This document shows positions 13,653-27,472 of a DNA stretch of 64,000 nt, one piece after another. The notes beneath the pieces were generated by a model. It did not search any database, had not been told where the DNA came from, and saw only the letters and a list, made by a program, of their open reading frames with translations. The stretch is taken from assembly GCA_964057225.1 (NCBI GenBank), contig OZ059899.1:11656001-11720000 (forward strand), in the 5' to 3' direction. This stretch comes from Auanema rhodensis (lineage: Eukaryota; Animalia; Nematoda). The translations under genes were made by a program, and so were the position numbers. Every line of letters starts with the position of its first letter. The stretch's first letter is position 1.

Positions 13653-14589
13653 TTTGTTGAAAGTCTTGAAACCAACGTTGCATAACATTGATCACTCCAC
13701 TAGTAGATGATCTCTTTTCCATCATGTTATGCTATTCGTGTCATATTTTCTTAATTTGTCCTACTGGTTTTCCCTTTTTATCATAAGTAAAAGTAGCATT
13801 TAAATCAAATTGCAATTATTAGCTACCTTTCTTTGTGGAATCTTGTTTAATTGTGCTGGATAGGCTATTTTATCTCGGTGAACGCATTCAGATTTTTATT
13901 CCACATTTATACTTAAACGGTTTGCTCAGAGTATCCCTTTTCTCTTGGTTTTATCTTTCAGTTTCTGAACTAACCGTGAATTGTAAATGTTCTAATGTTG
14001 CGGGTCCTACAACAAGTTTTATTTATAATTGTTATTTATAATTATTCATTTCCAATCTAAGAATGTGCTCATTTATCTTTTCTTTCTTTCATTCATACAA
14101 CATTATCACTATTCAGGACTTTTCTTAGAGAGTGTTTTACATGCCTTGGTGTCCACATACTTTGATGTTGGCATTTGTATTGCAAATAACCTTAATCTAT
14201 TTTATGAATTAATTCTGAATCAGAAATAAAACTAATTTTAATTAGTATATATGTATATTAACAATGAATGCTTCAATGATGCAACAGCTATAGCCGCAAG
14301 CAGTAATACTATAGTATAGAGTATGTGCTCTTTCACATTTCTAAGTACTCCAAGCTCTCATTGAATTTAATGAAATTAACTTGTGTGGTTGGCCAGTTCT
14401 TTAGCAATTGAATCTGATCGCTAGTAATGGGTATTGCTGCTGTCTTCAACAATGTTTCCTGTTGGACGGCCGTGAGAAAAGGATGAATTAATAGCCCAGC
14501 GGGAGTTGTTTCGGCTCAACGAAAGCGAATGACTACTATTAACATTCTGAGACTAGATCTATAGTTTATGCAGCTTAATTTTAAAATGG

Positions 14590-15779
14590 AGTCAGCGCCT
14601 AATATTTTTTGTCCAACTCCTTTAAGGGACCGATCTGAAAAGACTGGTGCTCTTACTCTGACACTAACGGCCTCCTACATGCTCAAGTGTTCTTGATCGC
14701 AGTCCTTTCATCGTGTTGGTTGAGCACTAGCCTCAGTTCACCCTCTTATACAGTTCAAAACCCTTACGACCAAGAACACTTGAGCTCGTGCCTGATTTGC
14801 TGTCAGATTAGAACGCAACTCTCTATTGTTATGTCCTTTATAATCCCAACAACCTCAACAACATTTTTCCATAAACAACTCGTACTATTTGAAAAACTCG
14901 TCATCGTTGATGACATTTTGGTATTTGAATGCTTCCAATTCCATTCGTCAGATCTACAATTGCAAATTCAAATGTTTCTACTAATATAGGCGGCATATTC
15001 ACCTGTCCATTACAGTCTGTGGTGGTCGTTTTTCCAAAAATGATTCTATTATTACTCTGATCCTTGGCTCAAATTGCTAGATCTGCAATTTAATGCTGTC
15101 GGAATTATAAATGAGGGGGATGACTCGATCACAACACCTGGCTGAAATGTGCCAAAGGTAGTCATTACTGTCATCTATCTTATAATTACCACTCATTCTA
15201 TCTCTCATAGTATAACTTGATGTTCTTTCTCAAATAAATACTAGTCCTTCATCTTAACTTGATTGGGGTATGCTATCGGATGCTCTTCCATGATATCGAA
15301 TAATACCTTTTCATATACGGATATATCATTATATATGATGAATTCAATAGGCTGATACATAACATCATCATAATTTCGTGATGATTTCCATAATTCTTTT
15401 TACGTATTTCGACGATTACCCTCTTGTTGTTTTTCAAATAAAAATTCTTCAAGGTGGACCGTTAGCATGCTAATGTATTGGCTAAATTTCACATGACATT
15501 GTATATCTTCACTGAAAAAGGCGAAAAAAAACTTTTTTTGCAGTGTGATGCATACCCATTTAGTAATACTGACACTAATGTTTTTCAACAATGGTCTAAT
15601 GCCGCAAAAACGTTCGACTTACGAACATGAAGGAACTTAGGAGGCCGCTCATGTTCCACCCCGCTGTCTTCATGATTCAAGGTCGATCATTTACGTAGAT
15701 TTGCATAGATATGACTCATCGTGTCTGACGAAATGACGGCGATCTCAGGGACCTTTTTCGCTATTGACGTACATGACAT
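14590..15779 (-). pseudogene. Decayed spliced gene of unknown family
   Basis: TTTCAG-ATG start (MSCTSIAKKVPEIAVISSDTMSHIYANLRK*STLNHEDSGVEHERPPKFLHV), a GTAAGT donor and TTTTTCAG acceptor, then protein-like frames broken by stops and shifts (KELWKSSRNYDDVMYQPIEFIIYNDISVYEKVLFDIMEEHP; MELEAFKYQNVINDDEFFK*YELF). The 3' limit is approximate. Confidence 0.5.
14681..14785 (-). repeat. Inverted repeat / hairpin, 15-bp perfect arm extendable to ~21 bp
   Basis: GCTCAAGTGTTCTTG(atcgca)...(tacgac)CAAGAACACTTGAGC. The two arm mismatches are G.U pairs on the minus strand. Confidence 0.85.
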
Positions 15780-16070
15780 CTGAAATCTGAAAAGCCATAG
15801 TAACCTCAGGGGTGAGTTATTGGGATTATGAACCTTTGAATAATATTTTTGGGATTATATAAAGCTTGGAATTTTCATTTTTCATTTAACTATATGATAT
15901 AGTTAGAAAGGGAATTGTATTCTCAAATGATCTCTATTGATTTGAAAATTGAAGAGAAACGAAAAGAAAACATTACATGTAAGCATATTTGGTCTGACTA
16001 AATGTATTTTAGTGAGAATGCGACTAGTAGTTTGCGAGGTAAATGGATGACCAAACGAAGTTGTGCTTCG
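15654..16070. repeat. 417-bp direct repeat, copy 1
   Basis: Matches 17509-17925 (offset 1855) except for one substitution seen (GCCATAG vs GCCGTAG). Confidence 0.95.
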
Positions 16071-17508
16071 TACTGGCCATTGACGAGAAAAGGGACTTGG
16101 GTAAGCTGTTCTATTCGCAGATGATTGCTTCGCTAGCCTTTGGGCTTTCTCAAGTGAGCATTGCGTCGATTATGTGAAAGCACTTGGGGATAGGGGCACA
16201 TTTATCCTGGTTAAAACTTGAGCATTTAAAAATCAGTACAGGGATACTACGCCTTATAAGGTACTACTAGTGAATATAATGAAAGACAATAGTTAGTCAA
16301 GCTCATAATTCAATCAAATAGAACTTGCAACTCTTTCTTTTGAGGCGGAAAACACAAAAACTTAAATTTTTCTGGTCAGCGCCATTTTCATGATTACACA
16401 TTTAGCTTATCGCTGTTTGAAACATGTTATCAGTATAGTAACATATTCTCCTCCAAACTATTTAAAAGCTGCTTGAGTAACGTAAAGTAAATGGGGACAT
16501 GATCGTCTTCATAGACATAAAATGAGGTTTGCTGCATTCGCAGCAGGAATGACCTCATTTCTTTGGGTTCAGGTTATTATTGCCTGAAGATCTAAAGATC
16601 AATAACATCTTCTAGATAGCATTCTAAAGATCTTAAAGATCTTGTACTCGAACGATTTTACTTACTCGATACGTAGGCATTAACCTATAACATGCATACA
16701 TTCAGGTAAAAACAACAATCTAGCGGAATATGAAATTGCAAATTGGTTAGGGAACTATGATGCATAAATAGAAATAAAAAGTAATTTCTATAGTAATTCT
16801 GAATTGCATTAAAGGACTGCAGCGTCTACCTTTTCTGGGGGCAAGCTCTGGCAACACAGCATATATTTCGAGAATTTTCTTGAGCATGTTACGAAAATTT
16901 GAGAATATGTGATTGTTCCTTCAAAGCTGTTTAGGAATTTTCTTTGAATCTGCTATCATATGTGCAGCTCTTCACAGTTCATTTACGAACCACGCTATTA
17001 TCTACATCATAGTTTCATTGTCTTTATGTGTTAGTCTTAGAACGAACAACTTTAAGACATAGTGGATTTCCATTTATGCATATTGTTTATAATTCATATT
17101 GTTTGTTAGGCAAAGATGTAACATCTGTCATTGTATGTTGAGGAAAAGACACTATATTAGTATGAGGGAGACGATGGAAGATGTACTTTTACGTAACAAC
17201 CTTGATTAACCAGCTGCTAAATGTGTTCTTTTGATTTGGCATGAAGAAGAAGAAGAAGGGGAGAAAATGAGGCTTGAGCGTGACATCATCATCTCTTGTT
17301 CTCATGCTCTAATCATCTCCGTTATCCTTTAATTGTCATCTGTATTGAGTTCTCGTATTATATGAGGCTTTTAAAATTATTTCAATGGCACTTATTCATT
17401 CTTTTCGAATTTTGAGTTTTCCAACTTCTTTATCCTATCACATTTTATTTTAGATGAGGCTGTTTAAATATTCATTTTCACAAAACCTGTTTCTTGTGCC
17501 TGTAGGTA

Positions 17509-17925
17509 TTCCACCCCGCTGTCTTCATGATTCAAGGTCGATCATTTACGTAGATTTGCATAGATATGACTCATCGTGTCTGACGAAATGACGGCGATCT
17601 CAGGGACCTTTTTCGCTATTGACGTACATGACATCTGAAATCTGAAAAGCCGTAGTAACCTCAGGGGTGAGTTATTGGGATTATGAACCTTTGAATAATA
17701 TTTTTGGGATTATATAAAGCTTGGAATTTTCATTTTTCATTTAACTATATGATATAGTTAGAAAGGGAATTGTATTCTCAAATGATCTCTATTGATTTGA
17801 AAATTGAAGAGAAACGAAAAGAAAACATTACATGTAAGCATATTTGGTCTGACTAAATGTATTTTAGTGAGAATGCGACTAGTAGTTTGCGAGGTAAATG
17901 GATGACCAAACGAAGTTGTGCTTCG
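17509..17925. repeat. 417-bp direct repeat, copy 2
   Basis: Matches copy 1 at 15654-16070. Confidence 0.95.
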
Positions 17926-18122
17926 GACACGTGTGGTGAACGACACATTAATTTAATTTTTGGGATGTCCAAGCTCCAAAGAATTCGCGCATTTTCTATT
18001 CCATGAGGCTGAATTACATGAAATGCAACTTGTTTCAAATACATACTGGAAGGAACAGATGAAATTTTGCAATTTTCAAACATATCAAGGGATAAATATA
18101 ATTTTGGCAATAAGCTCTTCAA
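17926..18122 (-). pseudogene. Coding-like fragment cut off by repeat copy 2
   Basis: Open frame KSLLPKLYLSLDMFENCKISSVPSSMYLKQVAFHVIQPHGIENARILWSLDIPKIKLMCR running into the repeat boundary; family not recognised. Confidence 0.3.
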
Positions 18123-18482
18123 AGCTTTTATGAGGTTGTCTATTCGCTATGAAGGTTTAAGGATCATGTAGTTATAACTTATCCTGAGTACTATATCGCC
18201 AAATTAAGAGTTGAAACATGTTACATCTTTCGATGAGCAACTTTAGATTACGTGCATCCTTCCCATCCCTTTATTTCAACTTCCTCTTCTTCGTTTCCCT
18301 GACCCTTTCTCACTCCAGCTTTTAAGCTTAAAGCTGTAGTTCTGTGAAAATGTCCTAATCTTCAGCATAGTTGGCGAGGCTTTTCGATCATTCTTCATCG
18401 TTCTTTGTTCTCAAATTTTTAGATTTATGTAAAAGAAAATATTATAGAATTAAGTCTTTGTGCTTAGTTCACATCTTCAAGT

Positions 18483-18486
<4 letters not shown>

Positions 18487-18528
<42 letters not shown>
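18487..18528. repeat. (AT)n microsatellite at the left edge of the very AT-rich domain
   Basis: Read directly. Confidence 0.95.
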
Positions 18529-18531
<3 letters not shown>

Positions 18532-19271
18532 TAATAGTATAAGGGATATTCAATATATAATTAAAAACTTTTTAATTATTGAATTTTCTGTGTTGCTAAA
18601 TCCTTATTATAAGCAACACACACACACATATACACAAGCAAATCTCACAGATCTTTACTTTCTGCTTCATCAAGCAGCAATATTAAAGGTTTGTTCATTC
18701 TTTATTTGAACTGAGCATCAGATAATATACCTTGTTTAAGAAGATTCATCATAGATAATTATTATATTTATATGATAAAATAAGTGAAAATTAGAAATTA
18801 TTAGAAATTTTCATCAAAATAGTACTTAACCATATTATATAAATATAAATATAATAAATAATAAATAAAAATAATGTATTCTATAATACTTAAGACAATT
18901 TGAATATTTATTGTTTATTTACGAAAAATTTGAAGAAAAACAACCGATTTGTATGTCTGATCTGTATGCAATTAAGTAAGTATTACTATTCACGTGGAAA
19001 TGACGTGAACATGTTTTCTTTTTTCAGTTGTTGTTGTTGTTGTTGTAAAAAAACAAGTTTGAAATAAGTATTAAGATCCATTCATTCGATGAGGTTGAAT
19101 ATCAACTATGAAAATAGTTAAGAATAATATAGTTATTATAGAAAAGATAATGAATGAGATAGATGAAACAGTTTTAAATTTTCAGAAATTAAAAAATGAT
19201 ATGAAGAATCAACACAAAAATATAATAAATTAAAGAAAATATAATAAAATCTAATAATTATATGGAAATGG

Positions 19272-21356
19272 TTAATGAATGCACCCGTCATCCAGCTCAA
19301 AGTGATCTCGTTCATGATAGTGAATATTGAATGATTCTCCTTCAGTAGATGTATAGATGGATTCAGCATTCTGACATTCTAAACCAGGAGAATCGGGAAA
19401 CTAAAATAATTTTAATTAATATGATATAGTTAAAGAATATAATATACATAACAACGTTCAGGACCAGGACATTTCATTTTGTAATGTAATCCTTGATTAT
19501 GTAATGAATAAAAAGTTTCTTCATAACAATCAGCAATAAGTTGTGAATAGAAGAAAGATGATGGTAATTCTTCCAGTATATTCAAGCCTGCTGTCAAGTT
19601 TTTGAATCTATAAGCCAAGTTTTAAGACAAGCATTACTAATCAGTATGATTATACCTTATAAATTCTTTTTGCATTTCATTACCATCATCTTTAGAAAAG
19701 AGATATTGTGGATTATATCGATAGCCACTATATGGATCATATATTGGAGGCTCATCAGTATGATATGATCTCATTGAATACATAGCTATTTTAATTTTCT
19801 TCAAATGAGTTATGGAATTAATATAAGTTGGTATCTTATAACTAAAAATATATTGATATTTCATATCATTATAAGCATTACAAACTTGAGCATAAGACCA
19901 TCATCAGGCCAATGAATCCAAGTATAATTGATGTTTTGAGGTTTTGTCACCATTTTACCTGTTTCTGTTTGATGGCTATATCGAATTGTCATTAACATAT
20001 GTGTCAAATCAAAGTCTGTCGAATATTTTTCTGCAAAAAAAAAGATTTTTTAATCCAAAATTTGAATTTTTTAAAACTTACGAGCTTGTAATTCAACATT
20101 TTCTTTTGTATAATGTATAAATGATGCATATGGAGCAGAATTAAATAATTTAGTAAACTCTTCCATATATGTTTGTCCCAAACGAGGTATAAGTACATCA
20201 TCAAGATCAACAAATGAAATGAAATTTGCTGATTCCTATTATTTTAAGTTTATAAGTTTGTTTTAAAAAAAATATAAAATGAAAAACCTTGTATTTGAGT
20301 AAACAATCTGTTTGTGCTCCAGCTTGATTTCGAAATTCAACATTAAGATTTGGATTGAACCTTCTTTCAGAAATAGTTGATAACTTGATGCGTAGCCATG
20401 GATCAATAGTCAAATATCCCTAAAATTATTGTGTAAAATTAAAAGTTTTTCAAAAGAATAATTGAAATAAACTTCTTTTTCATAAAGACGTAATAAATCA
20501 AATAATGGAGATATTATACTTCTTATATAAATATGTAAATGTGAACCATAACTATAATAAATAATATATAATATATAATAAATAGAATGTTTTAACTGAT
20601 GATATGTATGAATTGACATTAGAGCAAGTTGCCAATTTTCATTTGCAAATAATGGAGCAATACATGCAACAACATCATGTTTCTGTTGTATTGCTTGTTG
20701 AAAAGGAATCTAAAATATGATATTATTGTCTAATTTTTTCTTTTTCTTTCTTCTTTAAAATCAATAATTTTGTTTGATTATAAACGAACATTAACTCTTG
20801 ATGTTCCAAGATCAAGGGATAGATGAGTCAGATTTGGAAGAAGGACAACACTTGTAAAGATTGGAATCCAACGACATACTTTATGAGGAGGTATACTTAA
20901 TATATTAATTTTATATATAAATTATAATAAAATTTAAATTCAAAACCTATGTAATTCTCCTGCTTGTGTAACAGTTCCTGTTCCATTTTCTCCAATAATA
21001 TTTATTTTACCAATTGTTTCAACAAATTCAAAGTCAGCAGTAAGTAATAAAGCAATTGATCCATTACCAAGACTAAAAATAAAATAAAATTTATAATTAT
21101 AATTATAAATAAAATAAAATATTACCTATTAGATGTATTATAATAATATGCTGATACAAGATAAACTTCATATTTTTCAAATGAAACTAAATTAAATGTT
21201 TCTTTTGCTGCTTCATATTTTAAACTTAAAATATTATAAATATAATAATTATTAATTATAATTAAGTATAAACCTTATTGTTATAGCTGCTAATAGAAAT
21301 ACAGTAAGATAGCCTAATAATGGAATACATCTAACTAAAGTTGAATGAGGAAGCAT
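19272..21356 (-). CDS. Glycosyltransferase family 92 (DUF23) type II membrane protein
   Basis: N-terminal TM (MLPHSTLVRCIPLLGYLTVFLLAAITI), VSAYYY, PHKVCRW, VVACIAPLFANENWQ, EFRNQAGAQTDCLLKYK, DLDDVLIPRLGQTYMEEF (DxD), C-terminal CPGPERC; multi-exon; TAA at 19272-19274. Confidence 0.9.
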
Positions 21357-22350
21357 CGGATCTATCAGTTTAAATTAGATAAATATTGGAAACATTCCAA
21401 TATTATACTATATTTATATAATAATATTATTGATTGATTTCGTCTTTTAATTTATATATTTCTATAATAATTTAAGGAATTACAATTATTTTTATTAAGA
21501 TATACATATTTAGAATTAAAATATTTATTTTTATTTAAAAAAAAAAGAAAAAAAAACAGAAAATTTCAAAGGAAATTTTTGTAAAAATAGAATAGAATAA
21601 GATTTTAAATTGATGACGTATGTATTGAATTTGAATAAGAAAATGAAATTTAGATCCAAACTGTGTCATCCTTAGATAATGATCTTCCGAAACTCAACGT
21701 TTACCCAATATAAATTTGAAATTAATCTATTTAATTCTTTATTTTTACTTATAAAAACCAAAATTATAAATTACAAAGATTATTATAATCAAATATATAT
21801 TATTATAATTATAATTATTATAAATATTTATATATATTTGATGAAAACTCGATTGATTTTGTAATTTTTATGTTTTAAAGAATTCACGATATCTTATTAA
21901 AATCTAAAAGATTTCTTCATTTCACATAAGAAACACTTCTTATTTCAAAAGAAAAAAAAAGGAATGAGAATATATTTCATTAATATTATTTGAATTATTT
22001 GAATTTTATTTTGAATTTTTTAATAATTTTCACATAAAAATACGTGAGTTACATCAACTACATACATACATGAACATGCTTAATCCGTTGAACTTTGTAG
22101 AAATTATTATTTTTTTTCAAAAATGCACATTTAGAATTATTAATTATAACAAAAATGATAAAAAAATGTAAATTTTCATCAAAATCTAGACATGCAACAA
22201 GAAAAAAACACTTGACAAAATAAATTATCACAAAAATGGAGAAAAAGAAAAGAAAAATAATTGATATTAATGGGATGTTTTTTGAAAAAATAGGAAAATT
22301 CGTTAATATTGACTGAAAATGAATAAGAGAGATGTGTGTAAGTGACTAGC

Positions 22351-23261
22351 TTAATGCGAATACATTGGATCTTGAGGAGGAACTGATGAAGCATAGTTAA
22401 GCTCTGTTGCTGCTGCTGGATGCTGCCAATCGTCGTATCCATTATGCATAACGGTCATTGAGGTTGAATTAGTATCTGGTTGATATACATATCCTACAGG
22501 CATATTCTTAAATAGTTAGAATGTATGAATGAATGTTTGTATTTGAACAGTTTCTTACTTCATTAGCTCCATAACCATACCAAGCTTCATAGGATGTGGC
22601 AGATGAGACAGCAGATGGATTCCAAACAGCCGTTGAAGCCAATGTAGGACACGAGAGATAGCCGTTACCGTATGGTACGGTCATCGATAATCCCATAGAT
22701 GGTGATGTTAATGCTACTACAAACAGTTGTTGAAGTTTTCTTTAAAAAACTGAACGAAAATCACTAACCATTAACTGAAGATTGAGGATCTAAGTGAGTC
22801 TTGTCAACACCGTAATCGGTTGATGTTACAACAGCTGCCGTAGGAGTTGATGAATACTCAAACTGAAATAAGATTAATTGCTCAAACTGTCATTAGTGTT
22901 GAAATTTATTTGAACAAATAGTTTATTTAATGATTTGATTACAAGATTTATGATTTTGAGGTAATTCGTATTTCTTAACTATATCATATAATCTCAAAAT
23001 CTAACTAACTTATTCTTTTCTTTTAAAACTGAAGAACAAAACTTTTTTTTGAGCATTTTGAGTTCAATAACAGCTCAATAAGCGATGAAAGCTTTGTTTA
23101 TATAATAATACATCTCGTTGTCTCTCTATTTCAATCAACTCTGTATGAAAATCTCTAAACTTTTCATTCTCCTTTCTCTCTATCTCTCTCTCTCTTTTCT
23201 CTTTTTATCTGACCTCAACCAATTTCATTCTCTCTTTCTCTCTTAACCCTTTTTCACCCCA

Positions 23262-23323
<62 letters not shown>

Positions 23324-24431
23324 ATCTTTTAATCAATCTTTGTCGAAAGCGAACAACAACTAATTGACACCCGATATATGGCAATAAACAAGAAAAAAAG
23401 TTAAATGAAATGACACGACGAACTATCATTTAAATCAAAATAATTATATAATTATTTTATATATAACTATTACTATTTAATATAATAATAAATATAATAT
23501 ATACCTGATCATAACCATTAAAGGTTGGTCTCTTATTTCGAGCTTTATATCCTCGAGGTCTTCTTCGGAATGCTCCTTCATCATACAAAAATTCGCAATT
23601 ATCTGATATTGTCCATTTATGTCCTTTACGTCCTCTGTTAATATATGTATATTTATAGTTAATATAGTTAATATAATATACCTTTCACCAGCATCTTTTG
23701 GTAATTTAACAAAACATTCATTTAAAGATAAATTATGGCGTATACTATTTCTCCATCCAACATATTCTCCTCGGAAAAAATCGAAATTTTCTTGTAAATA
23801 TGTGTAAATTTCAGCCAAAGTTGCTTTACGATCAGGTCGTTTCTATATAAATATATTTATATTTATGTAAATATTTTAATATAATATTAATCTTACATGT
23901 ATAGCCATAGCTATTAATGCTATATAGCTATATGGAGGCTTTTCTTGACGTTTCACATTCCTTCGACGATTTTTCGTCGAAGTATTACTGGAGACAGTTG
24001 TTCGTGGAGATGATGACTGTAAACATAAACATTAACATATAAAGATAGCATAGTTAATATAATTAATATAAAAATGGAAAATAAGTAATTCATACCGGCT
24101 CATCATCCAATAAATCGTCTTGAGAATGTTGTTGATCTACTGTTCCTCCAAGAGCTCCAAGTGAATGAGCAAGAGAAGGATACTGTAGCTCACTGAAACT
24201 TCAACAACTTTTTAATAAAAATAGAAAAAGAAACTTAATAATATAAATTTAAATTAATATAAACAACATATGTAGTATGAATATAATAAAAATTAATTGA
24301 AATTATAATTATGAACATAAAATTCTTTAAAAATTGAAAGAATGAAATGTTGAGACTTGAAATAACATAGTTAAAAACTAAATTATATTATATAATTTTG
24401 AAAATATAATTAATTTTTTAAACACAAATAC

Positions 24432-24473
<42 letters not shown>

Positions 24474-24562
24474 ATTTCACTTGTCAAAGTATTATAAACT
24501 ATATAAAACTTGAAGATTTCTACTTACCTCTTCATATCTAAGAGATTTTCTGATTCCATCAT
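22351..24562 (-). CDS. let-381: Forkhead transcription factor FoxF
   Basis: [87 protein letters not shown]...[11 protein letters not shown] closely matches LET-381 as I recall it. The start is uncertain because the frame stays open upstream of ATG 24562. Confidence 0.93.
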
Positions 24563-26569
24563 TGCTTCTGAATACGGTTCCACTAGTGGACCACCGTAAT
24601 AGGATGAAGATGATAGCTGAATAGTTGAAACCGAATTTAACGGATAAATTGCCGTCCTGATGTTGTTGAACTGGAAGAGCAAATGATGGCAGGAGGAGCT
24701 AAGGGCTTCCCTTACGCTCCACCGTCGGCTCGTGTCCAATGGGGGCGGCGACTACCGTAATCCTGAGTACCAGCTATCCCATTTCTCTCACTCCCTCTCA
24801 TTCTCTCCTTCTCTCTCTCTCAATTTTGCAAACTGTCTGATGTGTTGCTTTCTATGTCTTTCTCTCTCCATTCACTATTTCAACTTTGATGCAATTCCTC
24901 TAAATTCGTTCTACTTCCTCTCTCTATCTCTCTGTGGTTGAGCAGCAAAAATCTTGCGGAATGAAATATGTGAAAATGAGCAATTTGAGTTAATAAAACA
25001 CAAAAAATTTCAAAATTATAATAGAAAATTATATAATTAGTTAAATTATTTATTACTTTTTATTAATTTTTTTTATAAAAATACTATAAACAGTCTATGA
25101 AGAAGTTAGAGCAATGTTTCTCTTTCTCTCTATCTAACTACATCATCAGCATCAGCATCATCATCAGGATTTAGTCTCAATCTGGTGTCCAGACTTCTTT
25201 GACTTAGTCTCCAGATTTCTGTAATTTGATCTAACCATCATCCATTTAAGAACATATAGATCATACAATACATAAGGACAATACAACAAGTTCTTAGTTC
25301 ATATATAACCTTATATGATATAGTTAGTAGTTGTAGTAGTTGTTGTATATATTATGTAATCAAACAATACGTATACAATACCTTAAGTATCACTTAAGAA
25401 ATCAATTTTTTTTATTTTATATTTCTATTTATACATACATACATCCATATAGTTAGTTATCTTTTCAGCAACAGCAGTACAAAAAAGAAAAAAAAACGAA
25501 AAAACGATAGACTACGATGCTTTACTCTCTAGTATAATCCATTTTAAGCCGAAAACGAACAGAACAAAAAAAATATTTCGAATGTTCAAAGTTTTGTTTT
25601 TGAAAATAGTCCGATTTTTCTTCTCAATTCTTCCTATATCTACCCTACAAATTTCTTCTAACTACAGCATGAGGATTGTCGTCCAGCTTGCTGCTGCTAA
25701 GGCTATTTGCTGCTACTGCTGTTGTTCATGAAGTGAAATCAATGTGTCGTCTATATCAAATTCTATATTAATGATGAAGCTTCATATTATTGTATATATT
25801 CCGGTATAGATAGGCTGATACTATCATACAAGTAGCAGATTCCAGCAGAAGAAACAAGAGAATCATTATGAGATGAGTGAGGTGAATGACCGGATCAGAT
25901 AGTGTTACCGGAGATACTAACCGGATAGAGTGTGAGTGGTATATGGCTGGCTGGCCACCACGTACTGAGCAAGTGCCACTATCAAGTTTCAAATTACGCA
26001 AGACTATATATGAAACTTTATCTAATGTTTCTACCTGTTCACCACAATTGATTCACATATCCTTTTCACACAGAACTGTCAACTATAAAAATATCTGAAA
26101 TCTATTAATTATATTATATATTAACTATATGTGATATAGTTAATAACATATGAAAACTTAGTTTTTATTCAAATATTTTCCCTTTAACCCATATGAAAGC
26201 CTTTAGTTTTTTTTTAATCAAAACTATTCATCTCATCTTTCTTATATCTTTCTTTTCATTTTTACTCATCGAAAATTTAGTTCATCAGATAAGAATCATA
26301 TGTGTTAACTATATAGATATAATAAAATTTATATAGTTAATATAGTTTTCTTATAAATTATTAGTTAAAATTATTATTTTCAATAGTTGTTTAACTATTA
26401 TGATGTTGTTGACGATGAGGCCGATGCCGATGATCGTAGTGGTAGTAGTGGTGGTGGTGGTGATGATGAAGATGAAGACGATGACGATGGTGATGAGAAC
26501 TCTAGACACGAAGACATGGCTCAGTTAAAGCACATAGGGTTACGGTAGGGACCAGACTAATCCATCCCA

Positions 26570-26583
26570 GTAAATATAAACAA
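26570..26583. promoter_or_regulatory. Two adjacent forkhead-type sites GTAAATA/TAAACAA, 2 kb upstream of let-381
   Basis: GTAAATATAAACAA fits RYAAAYA twice, inside a locally GC-richer island. Confidence 0.4.
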
Positions 26584-26890
26584 TGAAAAGAAGAAATTGG
26601 TGCAATGTCAGTCATTCAGTCAATTGTCGATGAAAGAGAGAGAAGCAGAACTGAGACGAGAATAATTCCTGAGAGAGGAGGAAGAGGAGGGAGGGGGGGG
26701 GGGGAGAAGAGAGGTGAGAAGGGGAAAATGGATGATGATCACATAAAATAAAAATAAAAATTTCATTTTTATTATATTAATTAAACAAATTTGAAAAAAA
26801 ATATATCTTTATTATAAAGAAGAACTTATCAATCATTAGAATATGCTACAGCAGCCTAAATTTTATTATGATATAACATTTGAAATATAG

Positions 26891-27074
26891 TTAAACACCA
26901 TTAATTTTTCTTTTGAATTTAGGCTTTTGTACTGCATTTACAGGTTGAACAGTTGATGATCGTTGAGTTGTTGCCAAAGTTTGGTCTTGAGTACCAGCTA
27001 CAGATGTCGTTACAGCTGTTGAGAACGTTTTATCAAGCATTAATGTAGGATCCTAAAATAAGAAATAACCAAAA

Positions 27075-27118
<44 letters not shown>

Positions 27119-27472
27119 CTTTACTAACTATATAAACATTTAAATAATAATAATAATAATAATAGCAATAATATTAAAAAAGTAATTGAAGAAAAAGAAA
27201 GAAAAGAAACCTTAACAGTAGTAGCCATACAGGACTTCTTATTTGATCCTTCTTTCCTTAAAAGAATAATTTATCATTATACATATTCTATACTATATAA
27301 TACATTATATATTCATATATTATAACTATATCTATATAACTATATAAATTATATAAAATTACTTTTTATTTTCTTGATCATCAGCAACATCAGATACATC
27401 ACTAAATACCACATCATCATAACCTTTTTTATCTTTATTTCCAGATGCTTCTTTAGCCATATTTTCAATCAT
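26891..27472 (-). CDS. Small orphan protein, 105 aa, 3 coding exons (27472-27363, 27256-27211, 27052-26891)
   Basis: Phase-consistent GT-AG introns. Translation: MIENMAKEASGNKDKKGYDDVVFSDVSDVADDQENKKKEGSNKKSCMATTVKDPTLMLDKTFSTAVTTSVAGTQDQTLATTQRSSTVQPVNAVQKPKFKRKINGV*. Confidence 0.7.

Noticed and set aside
15652-17929. LTR retrotransposon or TRIM
   Set aside because: TG and CA termini are not shared by both copies, there is no TSD, the TGG after copy 1 does not match a tRNA 3' end I recognise, and no gag/pol remnant was seen.
26398-26517. Short minus-strand ORF MSSCLEFSSPSSS...
   Set aside because: Trinucleotide low-complexity sequence with no donor linking it to let-381.
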